Both the position numbers and the translations under genes were made by a program. A stretch of DNA of 37,722 nucleotides. It comes from a virus. Lineage: Duplodnaviria > Caudoviricetes. Positions 16,613-25,948 of this stretch are shown one piece after another. Below the pieces are notes generated by a model. It saw only the letters and a program-made list of their open reading frames with translations, was not told where the DNA came from and made no database searches. Each line of letters opens with the position of its first letter. Within the stretch, counting starts at the first letter, position 1. The stretch is taken from positions 1 through 37,722 of IMG/VR virus record IMGVR_UViG_3300032216_000683; one strand, written 5' to 3'.

Positions 16613-18076
16613 TTAACCGTTCTTACTATTTAGTATGTTCGGATCGTGGAAAAAATTCTCTAATTCATCCTGCATAGCTGTAGGATATGTGGCATTTGGA
16701 TTAGCACCTTGTAGTACTTGACCTACAGCAACTGGCAGTTCTCTGGTATAATAGTTCATTGCTTTAAGTTCTACCAATATTTGAGCTAAAATATCTTGTA
16801 CCGATTCTTGTCCAGCCGTAGTTCTTTCTAACCTGACGTTGACGGGATATGTCTTATCTTCTGAATAACGAGGATCTAAACCTGCAACTCCTACACCACC
16901 AGCAAAATCAACATAGTTTCTGCGATAAAAAGGTCCTGTCACATAAGATGCGTTTGTTGATGCAATTGGGTATGGAGCGCCTTGAATCTGTGGGTTTATT
17001 ACTGATTTGTCATCGCCACCAATAGGTAAATATGCTGTTGTAAGGTTTGTTGTATTAATAGCATTATTTAATGCACCTGTTGTTTGTGTAGGAAAAGTAC
17101 CGTTATTTATTCCTCCAATATTTGCTTGAGGTATAATAGAAACTGGGGATGTTGTCATTCGTAACATCACAGTTGCTTGCACAATGGATGATGTACTGGT
17201 TATTGCTGAAGTTACTCTAATTCTAAAATATTTCCAAACAATATTTCCAAATCGAGTAATTGTTTTTGCGCCTGTTGTAGATAAACTAGATGAAACTGAT
17301 GAAACAAAAGATAAGGAATCAACACCTTGTGTATCAAAAAGACCAACTACTGGATTTAATAAATTAACTCCATCATTAGAAAATTCAAATGTTATTGTGC
17401 CAGCGGTAGCAGTCGCTGATTGGTTTACAAAAACCGCTAAACTTCTATATTGAGAGCAATCTATCCATCCTTGTTGAGTTGGTATTGAAGTATCGTTTGT
17501 TAAAATTGTATTAACTGGAATATTACCAGAAAAAGCACGACCTACAATATATTTGTCTTGAATTTGTTCGTTGGTAAGAGTGACGGGAAGTCCGTTAACC
17601 TGTGATTGGTTACCTGCACCTACAAATCCTGGAAATTTAACCGTTTGTGCAAGTCCTGTGTCATCATCAAGTGTTTGGTTCATGGCCATATCGGCATAAC
17701 CAGCAACACTTTGAGACCTTAAATATGCCAAAGCACTAACTGAAGTATTACTACCCGGAACATAATTGGATACTACTACCTGAAAATATCTTCCTGGTGT
17801 TGGACAGATATAGAGGTCTGGACCAGTAACCGTATCATTTGGAGTGATAGCATTATTGAAACTAAAACCTTGTACGTTAAACCAGTTTTGATTATCATTA
17901 CTTGCCTCAAACATGGTGGAAGCACCCGAAGAAAATACGTTACCGGTCAACTGAACTGAAATTGAATTATAACCGGTGGTATCTACTGAAATGAGTGTAC
18001 CGTTAGCGGATAACGAACCTGTGATAGGTGTTATCGCATCTACTGGTATAACCGGAACGTTACCAATATAACTCAT
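16613..18076 (-). CDS. Hypothetical structural protein with two related beta-sandwich-like domains
   Basis: MSYIGNVP start. Two similar segments: DTTGYNSISVQ..FEASND..RYFQVVV and DCSQYRSLAVF..FEFSND..KYFRIRV. Confidence 0.65.
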   Translation of the reverse strand: MSYIGNVPVIPVDAITPITGSLSANGTLISVDTTGYNSISVQLTGNVFSSGASTMFEASNDNQNWFNVQGFSFNNAITPNDTVTGPDLYICPTPGRYFQVVVSNYVPGSNTSVSALAYLRSQSVAGYADMAMNQTLDDDTGLAQTVKFPGFVGAGNQSQVNGLPVTLTNEQIQDKYIVGRAFSGNIPVNTILTNDTSIPTQQGWIDCSQYRSLAVFVNQSATATAGTITFEFSNDGVNLLNPVVGLFDTQGVDSLSFVSSVSSSLSTTGAKTITRFGNIVWKYFRIRVTSAITSTSSIVQATVMLRMTTSPVSIIPQANIGGINNGTFPTQTTGALNNAINTTNLTTAYLPIGGDDKSVINPQIQGAPYPIASTNASYVTGPFYRRNYVDFAGGVGVAGLDPRYSEDKTYPVNVRLERTTAGQESVQDILAQILVELKAMNYYTRELPVAVGQVLQGANPNATYPTAMQDELENFFHDPNILNSKNG

Positions 18077-18402
18077 TAAGATACCTCTACGGTAGATATA
18101 ATTACATCAACAGCACCAGCGACTGAAGAATTGACTTGTATATAATCGTTTTGCTCTACAATTAATTTACTATTATCAATAGCGTTTAATGTTGTACCAG
18201 CATAAATTACTATGTTTCTAACCACGTTAGATGTAGTTCCAGCAGAAGTTAAAGTAACGTTGGCTGTAACCGCAGTATTTGAGCTATTTGATATATTCAT
18301 ACCAATAACTGTTGATTGGACGCCTGTGGTGGTTGGATTATAAACCGTTGTAAAGGTTTGTCCAATGCCAGATACGAGATTATTTTTATAATTGATTGCC
18401 AT
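18076..18402 (-). CDS. Small fibre-associated structural protein
   Basis: 108 aa, beta-rich (TVIGMNISN...KLIVEQNDYIQV...VDVIISTVEVS). TAATG coupling to the next gene. Confidence 0.7.
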   Translation of the reverse strand: MAINYKNNLVSGIGQTFTTVYNPTTTGVQSTVIGMNISNSSNTAVTANVTLTSAGTTSNVVRNIVIYAGTTLNAIDNSKLIVEQNDYIQVNSSVAGAVDVIISTVEVS

Positions 18403-18408
18403 GATAGT

Positions 18409-18416
18409 TATTTATG
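18409..18416 (-). promoter_or_regulatory. Late promoter variant CATAAATA 6 nt before ATG
   Basis: 7/8 match to consensus, overlapping the upstream stop codon. No SD. Confidence 0.5.
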
Positions 18417-21400
18417 CTGCAATAAGGGCCGATGCTAAAGCAACAGATGCTACATCAGTTAAGGCACCGGATGGACCAAAAGCGATGGGTAAAAAGTTAT
18501 TTGTTTGTACAAAAACGCCAGTATTTGTATTATAATTATATGATATTTCAACAACCGAACCACTATAAGGAACTTCACTTAAAGTTATGGTAGAACCGGA
18601 TAAAATATAAGAAGCATGAGCTTGTAATATACCATTTATATTAACAAAAACACTATTGGCTGAAGTTGGTTGTCGTGATAAAACAAACGTTGGACTTGTT
18701 GTAACCGTAAAAGTATCAGTATTAAAAACAACTTGATTACCTGCGGACGATTGAAAAGTGCCATCCGGGAAAACAACACCTGTATTGGCTCCAGTAATAT
18801 AAATGTTACTTGAGTGATAAGTATTACCAGAAACTCCAAGTCCACCAGCAACAACCAAAGCACCAGTAGTATTTGATGTACTTGATTGTGTATTCGAAAC
18901 AAATAATCTTGCTGATGAATTAACTGTGACTACTGGACCAATATTTGATAAAGCATTATTGGCAGTATTCCAAGCTAATTGAATATTGGTATTTTGAGTA
19001 TCATTAACACCTTGGATATAAATGATATTGGCTCTTGCATTAGCGTCTACCGCCACACCAGTAAATGCTGTTGTTTGTGATGTCTGGTCTGGAAAATTTA
19101 AATTTCCGTTAAAATCAAAACTCCATGATATATAATTGGAATATTGATCAACACATTCAATATTTGTACCAAACGGATCGACATAAATCCAATTTGTTGG
19201 TCGGCTTATAAGAACATCATTTGGATTATAGGACGCACTATTGTCTGTCCATTGCATTTGAACATAATTGTTAGACACAATATTGATTTCATTATGTGTG
19301 CGACTTCCATTTCTTCGAATAATGCCATAACCAGTATCATTACCTGGAAGATTTAGTCCTCCGTTTGAATCCAAAAACAACGTGTAATTATTATTTGTTA
19401 ACTTATTTGGTGTTCCATAACTTATATTGCCACTATTTGAATCAAAATAAAGAATATTATTTTGACTACCATCATTTGATATACCATTCAATTTGACGTT
19501 GCCAGAAATGACCACGTCATTGAAGGTTACATTACCATTTACGGTCTGTGATGTATAACCAGTAAGTTGTAATGAATTGTTAGCTCTATTCCAAGCTAAT
19601 TGAATATTAGTGTTTTGAGTATTATTAACTCCCTGCATATAAGCCACATTGGAACTAATCCATGTGTTTTGAGTTGATTCAATGCCAAATAAAATTGCTA
19701 TGTTAGCATTAGCTGAATCTAATCCGGCTTTAATATAAACTGTATTTGCATTTGCAGTAATCAAACCGCCAGCAGTTGTATTGGCTTGTGCATAAGCAGC
19801 AGTCATGTAGTTGTATACATTTATACCATTAACTGTTGCTGAGTTTGCGTAGATGTTTCCTGTTACACCAACTCCACCTTGAACTTGTAATGCTCCAGAG
19901 AATATTGATGTGCTAGGATTAGTTGATCGTATAACAACATTATTACCTGAAGTGATACGCATTACTTCATTTGTTGTTTCAATACCACCTGTGGCAAATA
20001 TAACATCATTGTTTAAACCGGTACCAACAATCATATTACCACCACCCGTAGTGGTGTTTCCTGTCACAAATAAGTAACCGTCATTCTTACCAATTAATGA
20101 ATAACCAGGATAATTATATGTTGAAGAACTTAAACCTAAATCTAAGAATCCATCATTAACTGATCCGTTATCTGCGGTAATGAATAAATCCGATGATGCG
20201 TTCTGACCAGAATTTTCATTCTGCATATTAATACCACCAGCGTAACCATTAAAGTTACTGGTGAGTTGCAGAATCATTTGTGGTTCAACAAGATAACCTG
20301 TTGGTATACCAGCATACAATGCATTAAATCCGTTTGCAGCGTAACCAAAAAATTGTCCAGTATTACCAGTAATTTGAATTGAAGTTACATTACCTGTATA
20401 TGATACATTACCTGTAACTGTTAGGTTACCTTGAATAATTACGTTACTGCTTACAGTTTGTGTCGAACCACTAAGTTGCAATGAACTATTTGCTTTATTG
20501 TAAGCACTCTGCATTTTGCCGTCAGTAGCGGCAATATTAGTATTTTGTGTATCATCGACACCTTGAATAACACTAATTTTACTATTGGCTGTATTAAGAC
20601 CTGCCTGTATATAAAAACTATTAGCATTTGCTGTAATCAAACCACCTTGTAATGCCGATATGTTACCATTAGCGGTATTAAGACCTGATTGAATATAGAA
20701 CGAATTTGCATTAGCAGTTATCAAACCACCAGCGGTTACATTGGCCTGATTATAAGCCGACTGCATCTTACCATCAGTATTGGTGATATTGGTATTTTGT
20801 GTTGTTTCTATACCAAATAAAATACTAATATTGGCGTTAGCACTATTGAGACCTGATTGAATGTAAAAAGAATTTGCGTTTGCAGTAATCAATCCACCCT
20901 GAAGTGCCGATATGTTTCCGTTAGCAGTATTGAGTCCTGCTTGCGTATAAACTGTATTAGCATTAGCAGTAATTAATCCTGCTTGTAATAAAGCAATACT
21001 AACATTTTGGCTTGCATCAACACCTTGAGTATAGATGGTGTTTGCTTGTGCTGAATTGGCAGTATTAGCTACAGATTGAGTAAACGCTTGACTTGATTCC
21101 GTATTGGCTAAATTAAATGCCGCTTGAGCCAAACCTGTTGCAGTATTGGCTTGGTTATAAGCATTTTGTATATTGGTGTTTTGAGTTGTTGATATACCAA
21201 ATAATAATGATATATTAGAATTAGCAGTATTTAAACCACCTTGCAAATATGTGGTATTTGACGAAGCTGATGTTGCAACATTATACGCCGTATTGGCTTG
21301 ATTGAAAGCCGCAATAACTGTTTGATTTGATCCGGCGGCATTAGCAGTATTGTAAGCCGCTTGTGCTAATGATGCAGCTGCAATTATATTAGTATTTTGA

Positions 21401-21978
21401 GTTGCATCAACACCTTGAGTAATTACGGTATTTGCTGAAGCAGAGTTGGCTTTGGCAAAAGCACCTTGAGCATATGTGGCATCATAGGCAACATATTGTT
21501 TACTACCATCGGGAAAAGTAAGTGAACTGTCTGGACCAAAAGTCCATAAAGCGCCTGCGGCACCCGTATCTGTAATTATTTCTACACGGTTATTAGAATA
21601 TAATTGTACCACACCTCCATCATATTCATAAGCAGAAACACCAGTTATATCATTATTGGCATTTGCTTTAATTGATATTAAATTGTTCGCCTCATTTCCT
21701 ACCAATGAACTACCACTACTAAACTTTAAATCAGTACCTTCACCAGATAGTATTAATGATCCGGTCATTGTATCGCCAGATTTACTTACTTTGGTGTTTG
21801 CTAATTGTTTTGCAAGATTGGCTGTGGCTTGATCTGAAATGGCAATAACGCTACCAGTATTGGAACCAATATAAAGAGTGTTGGATTTAAATGAAAATGC
21901 TAACTGACCATCAAGAAGTGTTGTTGGTGATGAATTAGCATACGAACGGAGTATTTGAATATTTGCGGTATTGGCCAT
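18412..21978 (-). CDS. Long tail-fibre-like protein
   Basis: Mtd_N-like N-terminus (IQILRS...LLDGQLAFS...LYIG), extensive Asn/Ala 14-residue coiled-coil repeats (QGVDxTQNTNI, QxGLxTANAN), C-terminal VFVNINGILQ domain. Confidence 0.8.
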   Translation of the reverse strand: MANTANIQILRSYANSSPTTLLDGQLAFSFKSNTLYIGSNTGSVIAISDQATANLAKQLANTKVSKSGDTMTGSLILSGEGTDLKFSSGSSLVGNEANNLISIKANANNDITGVSAYEYDGGVVQLYSNNRVEIITDTGAAGALWTFGPDSSLTFPDGSKQYVAYDATYAQGAFAKANSASANTVITQGVDATQNTNIIAAASLAQAAYNTANAAGSNQTVIAAFNQANTAYNVATSASSNTTYLQGGLNTANSNISLLFGISTTQNTNIQNAYNQANTATGLAQAAFNLANTESSQAFTQSVANTANSAQANTIYTQGVDASQNVSIALLQAGLITANANTVYTQAGLNTANGNISALQGGLITANANSFYIQSGLNSANANISILFGIETTQNTNITNTDGKMQSAYNQANVTAGGLITANANSFYIQSGLNTANGNISALQGGLITANANSFYIQAGLNTANSKISVIQGVDDTQNTNIAATDGKMQSAYNKANSSLQLSGSTQTVSSNVIIQGNLTVTGNVSYTGNVTSIQITGNTGQFFGYAANGFNALYAGIPTGYLVEPQMILQLTSNFNGYAGGINMQNENSGQNASSDLFITADNGSVNDGFLDLGLSSSTYNYPGYSLIGKNDGYLFVTGNTTTGGGNMIVGTGLNNDVIFATGGIETTNEVMRITSGNNVVIRSTNPSTSIFSGALQVQGGVGVTGNIYANSATVNGINVYNYMTAAYAQANTTAGGLITANANTVYIKAGLDSANANIAILFGIESTQNTWISSNVAYMQGVNNTQNTNIQLAWNRANNSLQLTGYTSQTVNGNVTFNDVVISGNVKLNGISNDGSQNNILYFDSNSGNISYGTPNKLTNNNYTLFLDSNGGLNLPGNDTGYGIIRRNGSRTHNEINIVSNNYVQMQWTDNSASYNPNDVLISRPTNWIYVDPFGTNIECVDQYSNYISWSFDFNGNLNFPDQTSQTTAFTGVAVDANARANIIYIQGVNDTQNTNIQLAWNTANNALSNIGPVVTVNSSARLFVSNTQSSTSNTTGALVVAGGLGVSGNTYHSSNIYITGANTGVVFPDGTFQSSAGNQVVFNTDTFTVTTSPTFVLSRQPTSANSVFVNINGILQAHASYILSGSTITLSEVPYSGSVVEISYNYNTNTGVFVQTNNFLPIAFGPSGALTDVASVALASALIAA

Positions 21979-22211
21979 TAAAAGAATCCGTTGTCTATAT
22001 TTTTACTGGCAACAGCTTCAACTGTAAATTTATCTGTAGCAGCCACATAGATGATTCCATAACCATCTTGTAGGTTTGTAGCATCAACATCAGTTAAATT
22101 TCTTAATTTATTGGCGGCACCACCATAATTAATAGTTGGAACTGTTGGATTGGCTGCTGGTCCTACTTGAACCTTAATAACCGATGGTGGTGTGACTGTA
22201 ACATTTGGCAT
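21978..22211 (-). CDS. Small fibre-associated protein
   Basis: 77 aa with LRNLTDVD...DGYGIIY motif and IDNGFF end. TAATG coupling. Confidence 0.65.
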   Translation of the reverse strand: MPNVTVTPPSVIKVQVGPAANPTVPTINYGGAANKLRNLTDVDATNLQDGYGIIYVAATDKFTVEAVASKNIDNGFF

Positions 22212-22213
22212 TA

Positions 22214-22549
22214 TTACCTCGTAACGCCAGGAGAAACATCAATAATACCTTCTAAAATTCTTATTACCTGCTGTGAAGCACTAGTAATGATTGTATCATA
22301 CACATAACGACCGGGAGCAAGATTTGCTGTGGTTGGTGCGTTCAAATTTAATGTGATTTGACCAGTACTAGTATTGATTACTGTTGAAAAAGTTGCTGAA
22401 ACATTTGCAGAATAATACGACCTACGCATTTGACTAGATGCAGTATACCCTACCAGATTGTAGGCATTTAAGTAGACATCATCTAGAGTAATTGTTGTGG
22501 AAAAGGTGGATCCTTGTTCCAGATAGAGATTTTGATAACCAGCAGACAT
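22214..22549 (-). CDS. Conserved small virion beta-sandwich protein (possible fibre attachment adaptor)
   Basis: NLYLEQGSTF...SQMRRSY...GRYVYD...RILEGIIDVSPGVTR, a pattern I recognise from T4-like fibre clusters. GAGGA SD. Confidence 0.75.
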   Translation of the reverse strand: MSAGYQNLYLEQGSTFSTTITLDDVYLNAYNLVGYTASSQMRRSYYSANVSATFSTVINTSTGQITLNLNAPTTANLAPGRYVYDTIITSASQQVIRILEGIIDVSPGVTR

Positions 22550-22576
22550 TTTTTCCTCTTTGAAAAACCTTCTGGT

Positions 22577-25500
22577 TTATTTAGTTGACTTCAATACCTC
22601 TATTTCAGCTTTGAGTTCTTTAATTGCTGCAAATGACAAAGCAACTAATTTTTCATAATCTACCGCCAAAGAACCATCTTCTCTTGTTCGAACGGCTCTT
22701 GGGAATACGGTTTGAACATCTTGAGCAATGACACCAAAATCTTGTTTTTGATTAAAGTAACTATCTTCACCACCATGTGCTTCCAAATAAGCATCAGTCC
22801 AATCAAACAATTTACCACCAATTGCATCAATAGTATCTAACGCATTTGGAATATCTTCAATATTTTCTTTAAATTTCTTATCAGAAGATGCATAAGCAGT
22901 AATATTATCGGAAGCACGAATTTGGCCTGTAGTGGAACCTGTTGCAGAACCAACATTTAAACTACCAAAAGTAACTGCGGCAGATGTGCCAACTGCTTGA
23001 CCAATATTAACTGTTACAGAACCTGTTGTACTACCTACAGACACACCAGTACCTGCTTGAACGTCAGTTACTTTGGCGGCAGTATAGGTGGTTGCTATTG
23101 AAGAACCTTGCCAAGTACCGGTACCAATAGTACCTACTGTAGTTAAGCTACTTGATCCGGCTAAAGGTGAAGCACCAATGGTGTTGTACGAAATAGTTTG
23201 AGCGGTAGAACCATTAAATGTGGTACCTGAAGCTGCACCAGCACCACCGTTATTCATGGTTAAACTATTTAAATTGCTACCAAGAGAGATACCAGAAATG
23301 GTTGAATTTGTTAAAGCACCATTAGGAATACTTGTGAAGTTTGTACCAGCAAATGTTGGAGCAGCACCAGAATTAATGTTTTGAGGTAATGATAATGTTA
23401 CACCGCCAGTAGAACCTGAAACAGAAATTTGATTTGTTGTTCCTGTTAAAGAAGTAACACCAGAATTTGTGAGTGTAAATGTACTACCTGTTACAGATGT
23501 TGTTAGACCTGTACTACCGTTAATGGTTAATGTACCGCCACCAGCAACTGAACCGGTACCTGATCCACCAGCAAGTGCAATTGATGTTGAAATTGCTGTC
23601 GTTGTTATGTTAGTCACACGACCAAAAGTATCAACAGTCAATACAGGAATAGCCGTACTTGAACCGTAATTACCAAATGAGGCACCAGAAGTTTGTGGAG
23701 TAACAGTTAATGTTTGACCAGAATTAACTACTGTAACAATATTGGTATTTGACGATGTAACTGTCAGAGTTTGATTAATTAACGATACACTACCTGTACC
23801 ACTAGAACCTGCCGTGGATAAAGTAGATGATACAGAAGCATTAGCAGCGGATATTACACGACCAGTAGAATCAATATTCAATACTGGAATTTGTGTCGTT
23901 CCACCCCAATATCCAGCAGTCACACCAGAAGCTGGTAATCTAGCAGCAGGTAATGTTCCGTTGGTTAAGTAGGTGGCGTTTGCTGCATTAGCATTTGCAT
24001 TATTAATATTGCTTTGTAATGTTGTAACATTAGCAGTAATATTTGAATTTAATGTATTAACGTTAGCAGTAATATTTGAATTTAATGTGCTTACGGTAGT
24101 AGTAACATTAGCGGTAATATTTGAATTTAATGTATTAACGTTGGCCGTTATGTTTGAATTTAATGTGCTTACGTTAGCGGTAATATTTGAATTTAATGTG
24201 TTTACGTTGGTTGTTAAATTACTATTTGCTGTATTAGCAACACCTTGTAAATATGATACTGCATTTGAAGTGGCAATATTTTTTGAACCATAATTATAAG
24301 TGGTGTCACTTGAATATTCGTCTGTATGAATTCTGTAATAATTTCCATTATTAACGTCATTTAATTCAAAATATTGTTGAGTTTCATTCCAACGAATCGA
24401 AGCATTTGAAGCTGCTGGACGATACACATTAAAGTATGAAGTGATTGGTGAACCAACACCAGCACTAAGAGTGAATGTATTGGTTGCGTAAACAGTTTGT
24501 CCAGTAATAATAAAATTACCACCGACAGTTACAGAACCAGTTGTTGTTAATGCTGAAAAACTACCTGTAACATTAGTGGCACTAAGAGTTGTTCCACTCA
24601 ATGTTAAATTAGTACCACCAATTGTTGTACCAGAAATTGCACCATTAGATGTCAAAGCATTTACATATGCTGTACCAGAAGCATTTAATGTGGCGGTGTT
24701 GATGGTGTTATTGGAGTTTAATGTATTAGTATATGTGGATCCAGAAACATTCAATAAAGGAGTATTGATTGTGTTGTTAGCATTAAGTGTACTAGTAAAG
24801 GTTGGTCCACTAGAATTTAGTAGAGCAGTATTAATAGTGTTATTAGCGTTCAATGTATTGGTGTATGTAGCACCAGAAACATTTAACAATGGAACATTAA
24901 TGGTATTATTGGCATTGATTGAGTTTGCATACAATGTATTACCAATATGATTACCTGCATACAATGTGCCGTTTACATATGCTGAAGTACTAACATTCAA
25001 TAAAGGAGTATTAATAATATTGTTTGCAGTGACGCTAGCCGCTGTTACTGTACCCGTTGAAGTAATATTATTACCAGCAAAAACGTTACCACTAAGATTC
25101 GATTGGTTGCCAACAGACAAAACATTATCAATATTGCCGTTATTGGTAATATTTAAACCATAACCATTAAAGTTATTTGTTGCATTAAAATTGGTTGCGT
25201 TAACATCTTTAGTTACGTTAACATAATTTTGAGCAATGACGTTGCCGGTAACTTGAGCGTTACCACTAATGAATGTATTGTTTGAAATTGTGGTTGTACC
25301 AGTAACACTTAATGTGTTGGCAATAGCCGTATTACCTAATACTGACAAGTAACCATTTAGTTGAGAATTGTTTAAAACAGAAATGCCTAAACCAGAACCA
25401 TTAACATTTAACAAACCACCAACAATCATTTGACCGGCATTGTTTAAACCTAATGCTGTGTTTGAAAAATAGATTTGACCTTGACTAACAGTAAGATTGT

Positions 25501-25729
25501 TTTGAATTATTACAGAAGAACCAAGGCCTTGTGATTGAAGTTGACCACCAAAAATAGAATTGTTTGCGACTTGTAAACCCAATGTAGGGTCACTAAGAAA
25601 TAAAGTACCGATACTTTTGGTATAATTGTTGGCCGCTAGTGTGTTATTTTCTCTTACCAAAGCATTGGTTGTGACTACCCAATCGCCAAAGGTGTTAGCA
25701 TAACTTAGAATAGAAACTGTATTAGCCAT
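22577..25729 (-). CDS. Tail fibre with C-terminal intramolecular chaperone (peptidase S74-like)
   Basis: C-terminal SDKKFKENI...GVIAQDV...VDYEKLV...AIKEL. 11- and 22-aa repeats, two GRV knob motifs, N-terminal NTFGDWVVTTN. Confidence 0.88.
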   Translation of the reverse strand: MANTVSILSYANTFGDWVVTTNALVRENNTLAANNYTKSIGTLFLSDPTLGLQVANNSIFGGQLQSQGLGSSVIIQNNLTVSQGQIYFSNTALGLNNAGQMIVGGLLNVNGSGLGISVLNNSQLNGYLSVLGNTAIANTLSVTGTTTISNNTFISGNAQVTGNVIAQNYVNVTKDVNATNFNATNNFNGYGLNITNNGNIDNVLSVGNQSNLSGNVFAGNNITSTGTVTAASVTANNIINTPLLNVSTSAYVNGTLYAGNHIGNTLYANSINANNTINVPLLNVSGATYTNTLNANNTINTALLNSSGPTFTSTLNANNTINTPLLNVSGSTYTNTLNSNNTINTATLNASGTAYVNALTSNGAISGTTIGGTNLTLSGTTLSATNVTGSFSALTTTGSVTVGGNFIITGQTVYATNTFTLSAGVGSPITSYFNVYRPAASNASIRWNETQQYFELNDVNNGNYYRIHTDEYSSDTTYNYGSKNIATSNAVSYLQGVANTANSNLTTNVNTLNSNITANVSTLNSNITANVNTLNSNITANVTTTVSTLNSNITANVNTLNSNITANVTTLQSNINNANANAANATYLTNGTLPAARLPASGVTAGYWGGTTQIPVLNIDSTGRVISAANASVSSTLSTAGSSGTGSVSLINQTLTVTSSNTNIVTVVNSGQTLTVTPQTSGASFGNYGSSTAIPVLTVDTFGRVTNITTTAISTSIALAGGSGTGSVAGGGTLTINGSTGLTTSVTGSTFTLTNSGVTSLTGTTNQISVSGSTGGVTLSLPQNINSGAAPTFAGTNFTSIPNGALTNSTISGISLGSNLNSLTMNNGGAGAASGTTFNGSTAQTISYNTIGASPLAGSSSLTTVGTIGTGTWQGSSIATTYTAAKVTDVQAGTGVSVGSTTGSVTVNIGQAVGTSAAVTFGSLNVGSATGSTTGQIRASDNITAYASSDKKFKENIEDIPNALDTIDAIGGKLFDWTDAYLEAHGGEDSYFNQKQDFGVIAQDVQTVFPRAVRTREDGSLAVDYEKLVALSFAAIKELKAEIEVLKSTK
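22578..22585 (-). promoter_or_regulatory. Late promoter variant ACTAAATA upstream of the 111-aa gene
   Basis: TAAATA core overlapping the upstream stop codon. Confidence 0.45.
24000..24210. repeat. 33-bp coding tandem repeat (NVxTLNSNITA x5 plus one degenerate copy)
   Basis: Five copies of TTTGAATTTAATGT at 33-nt spacing, with one 45-nt unit. Confidence 0.9.
24660..25030. repeat. 66-bp degenerate coding repeat (NANNTINxxLLNxSGxTYTNTL)
   Basis: Four clear units and one degenerate unit of 22 aa in the translation. Confidence 0.8.
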
Positions 25730-25946
25730 TTGTGCCTTCTAATAATTTGAACAACAACTGTTTAATTTCACCCATATCGTTCTTTATATTGTTGATTTCT
25801 GATTTAATTGTATTTATTTCTTCTTTTTGGCTAGCTGCCATTTTTCTTTTCATATTATACTCTTGCAACCCATTAATATCTTTATTAATGAGTGCCATGG
25901 TTTCAGTATCTCGAACTAATTTTGTACCAGTAACCTGAACTAACAT
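25722..25946 (-). CDS. Small coiled-coil hypothetical protein
   Basis: LVRDTETMALIN...IKSEINNIKNDMGEIKQLL, a type commonly found after VrlC-like genes in T4-like phages. Fills the gap between two genes tightly. Confidence 0.75.
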   Translation of the reverse strand: MLVQVTGTKLVRDTETMALINKDINGLQEYNMKRKMAASQKEEINTIKSEINNIKNDMGEIKQLLFKLLEGTNG

Positions 25947-25948
25947 GA

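Noticed and set aside
5277-21978. Diversity-generating retroelement suggested by Mtd_N-like domains and repeats
   Set aside because: No reverse transcriptase is in the window. The repeat mismatches I aligned are synonymous, not adenine-specific, and both copies are coding.
24000-24210. CRISPR-like array
   Set aside because: The repeats are in-frame coding units with no unique spacers, and there are no cas genes.
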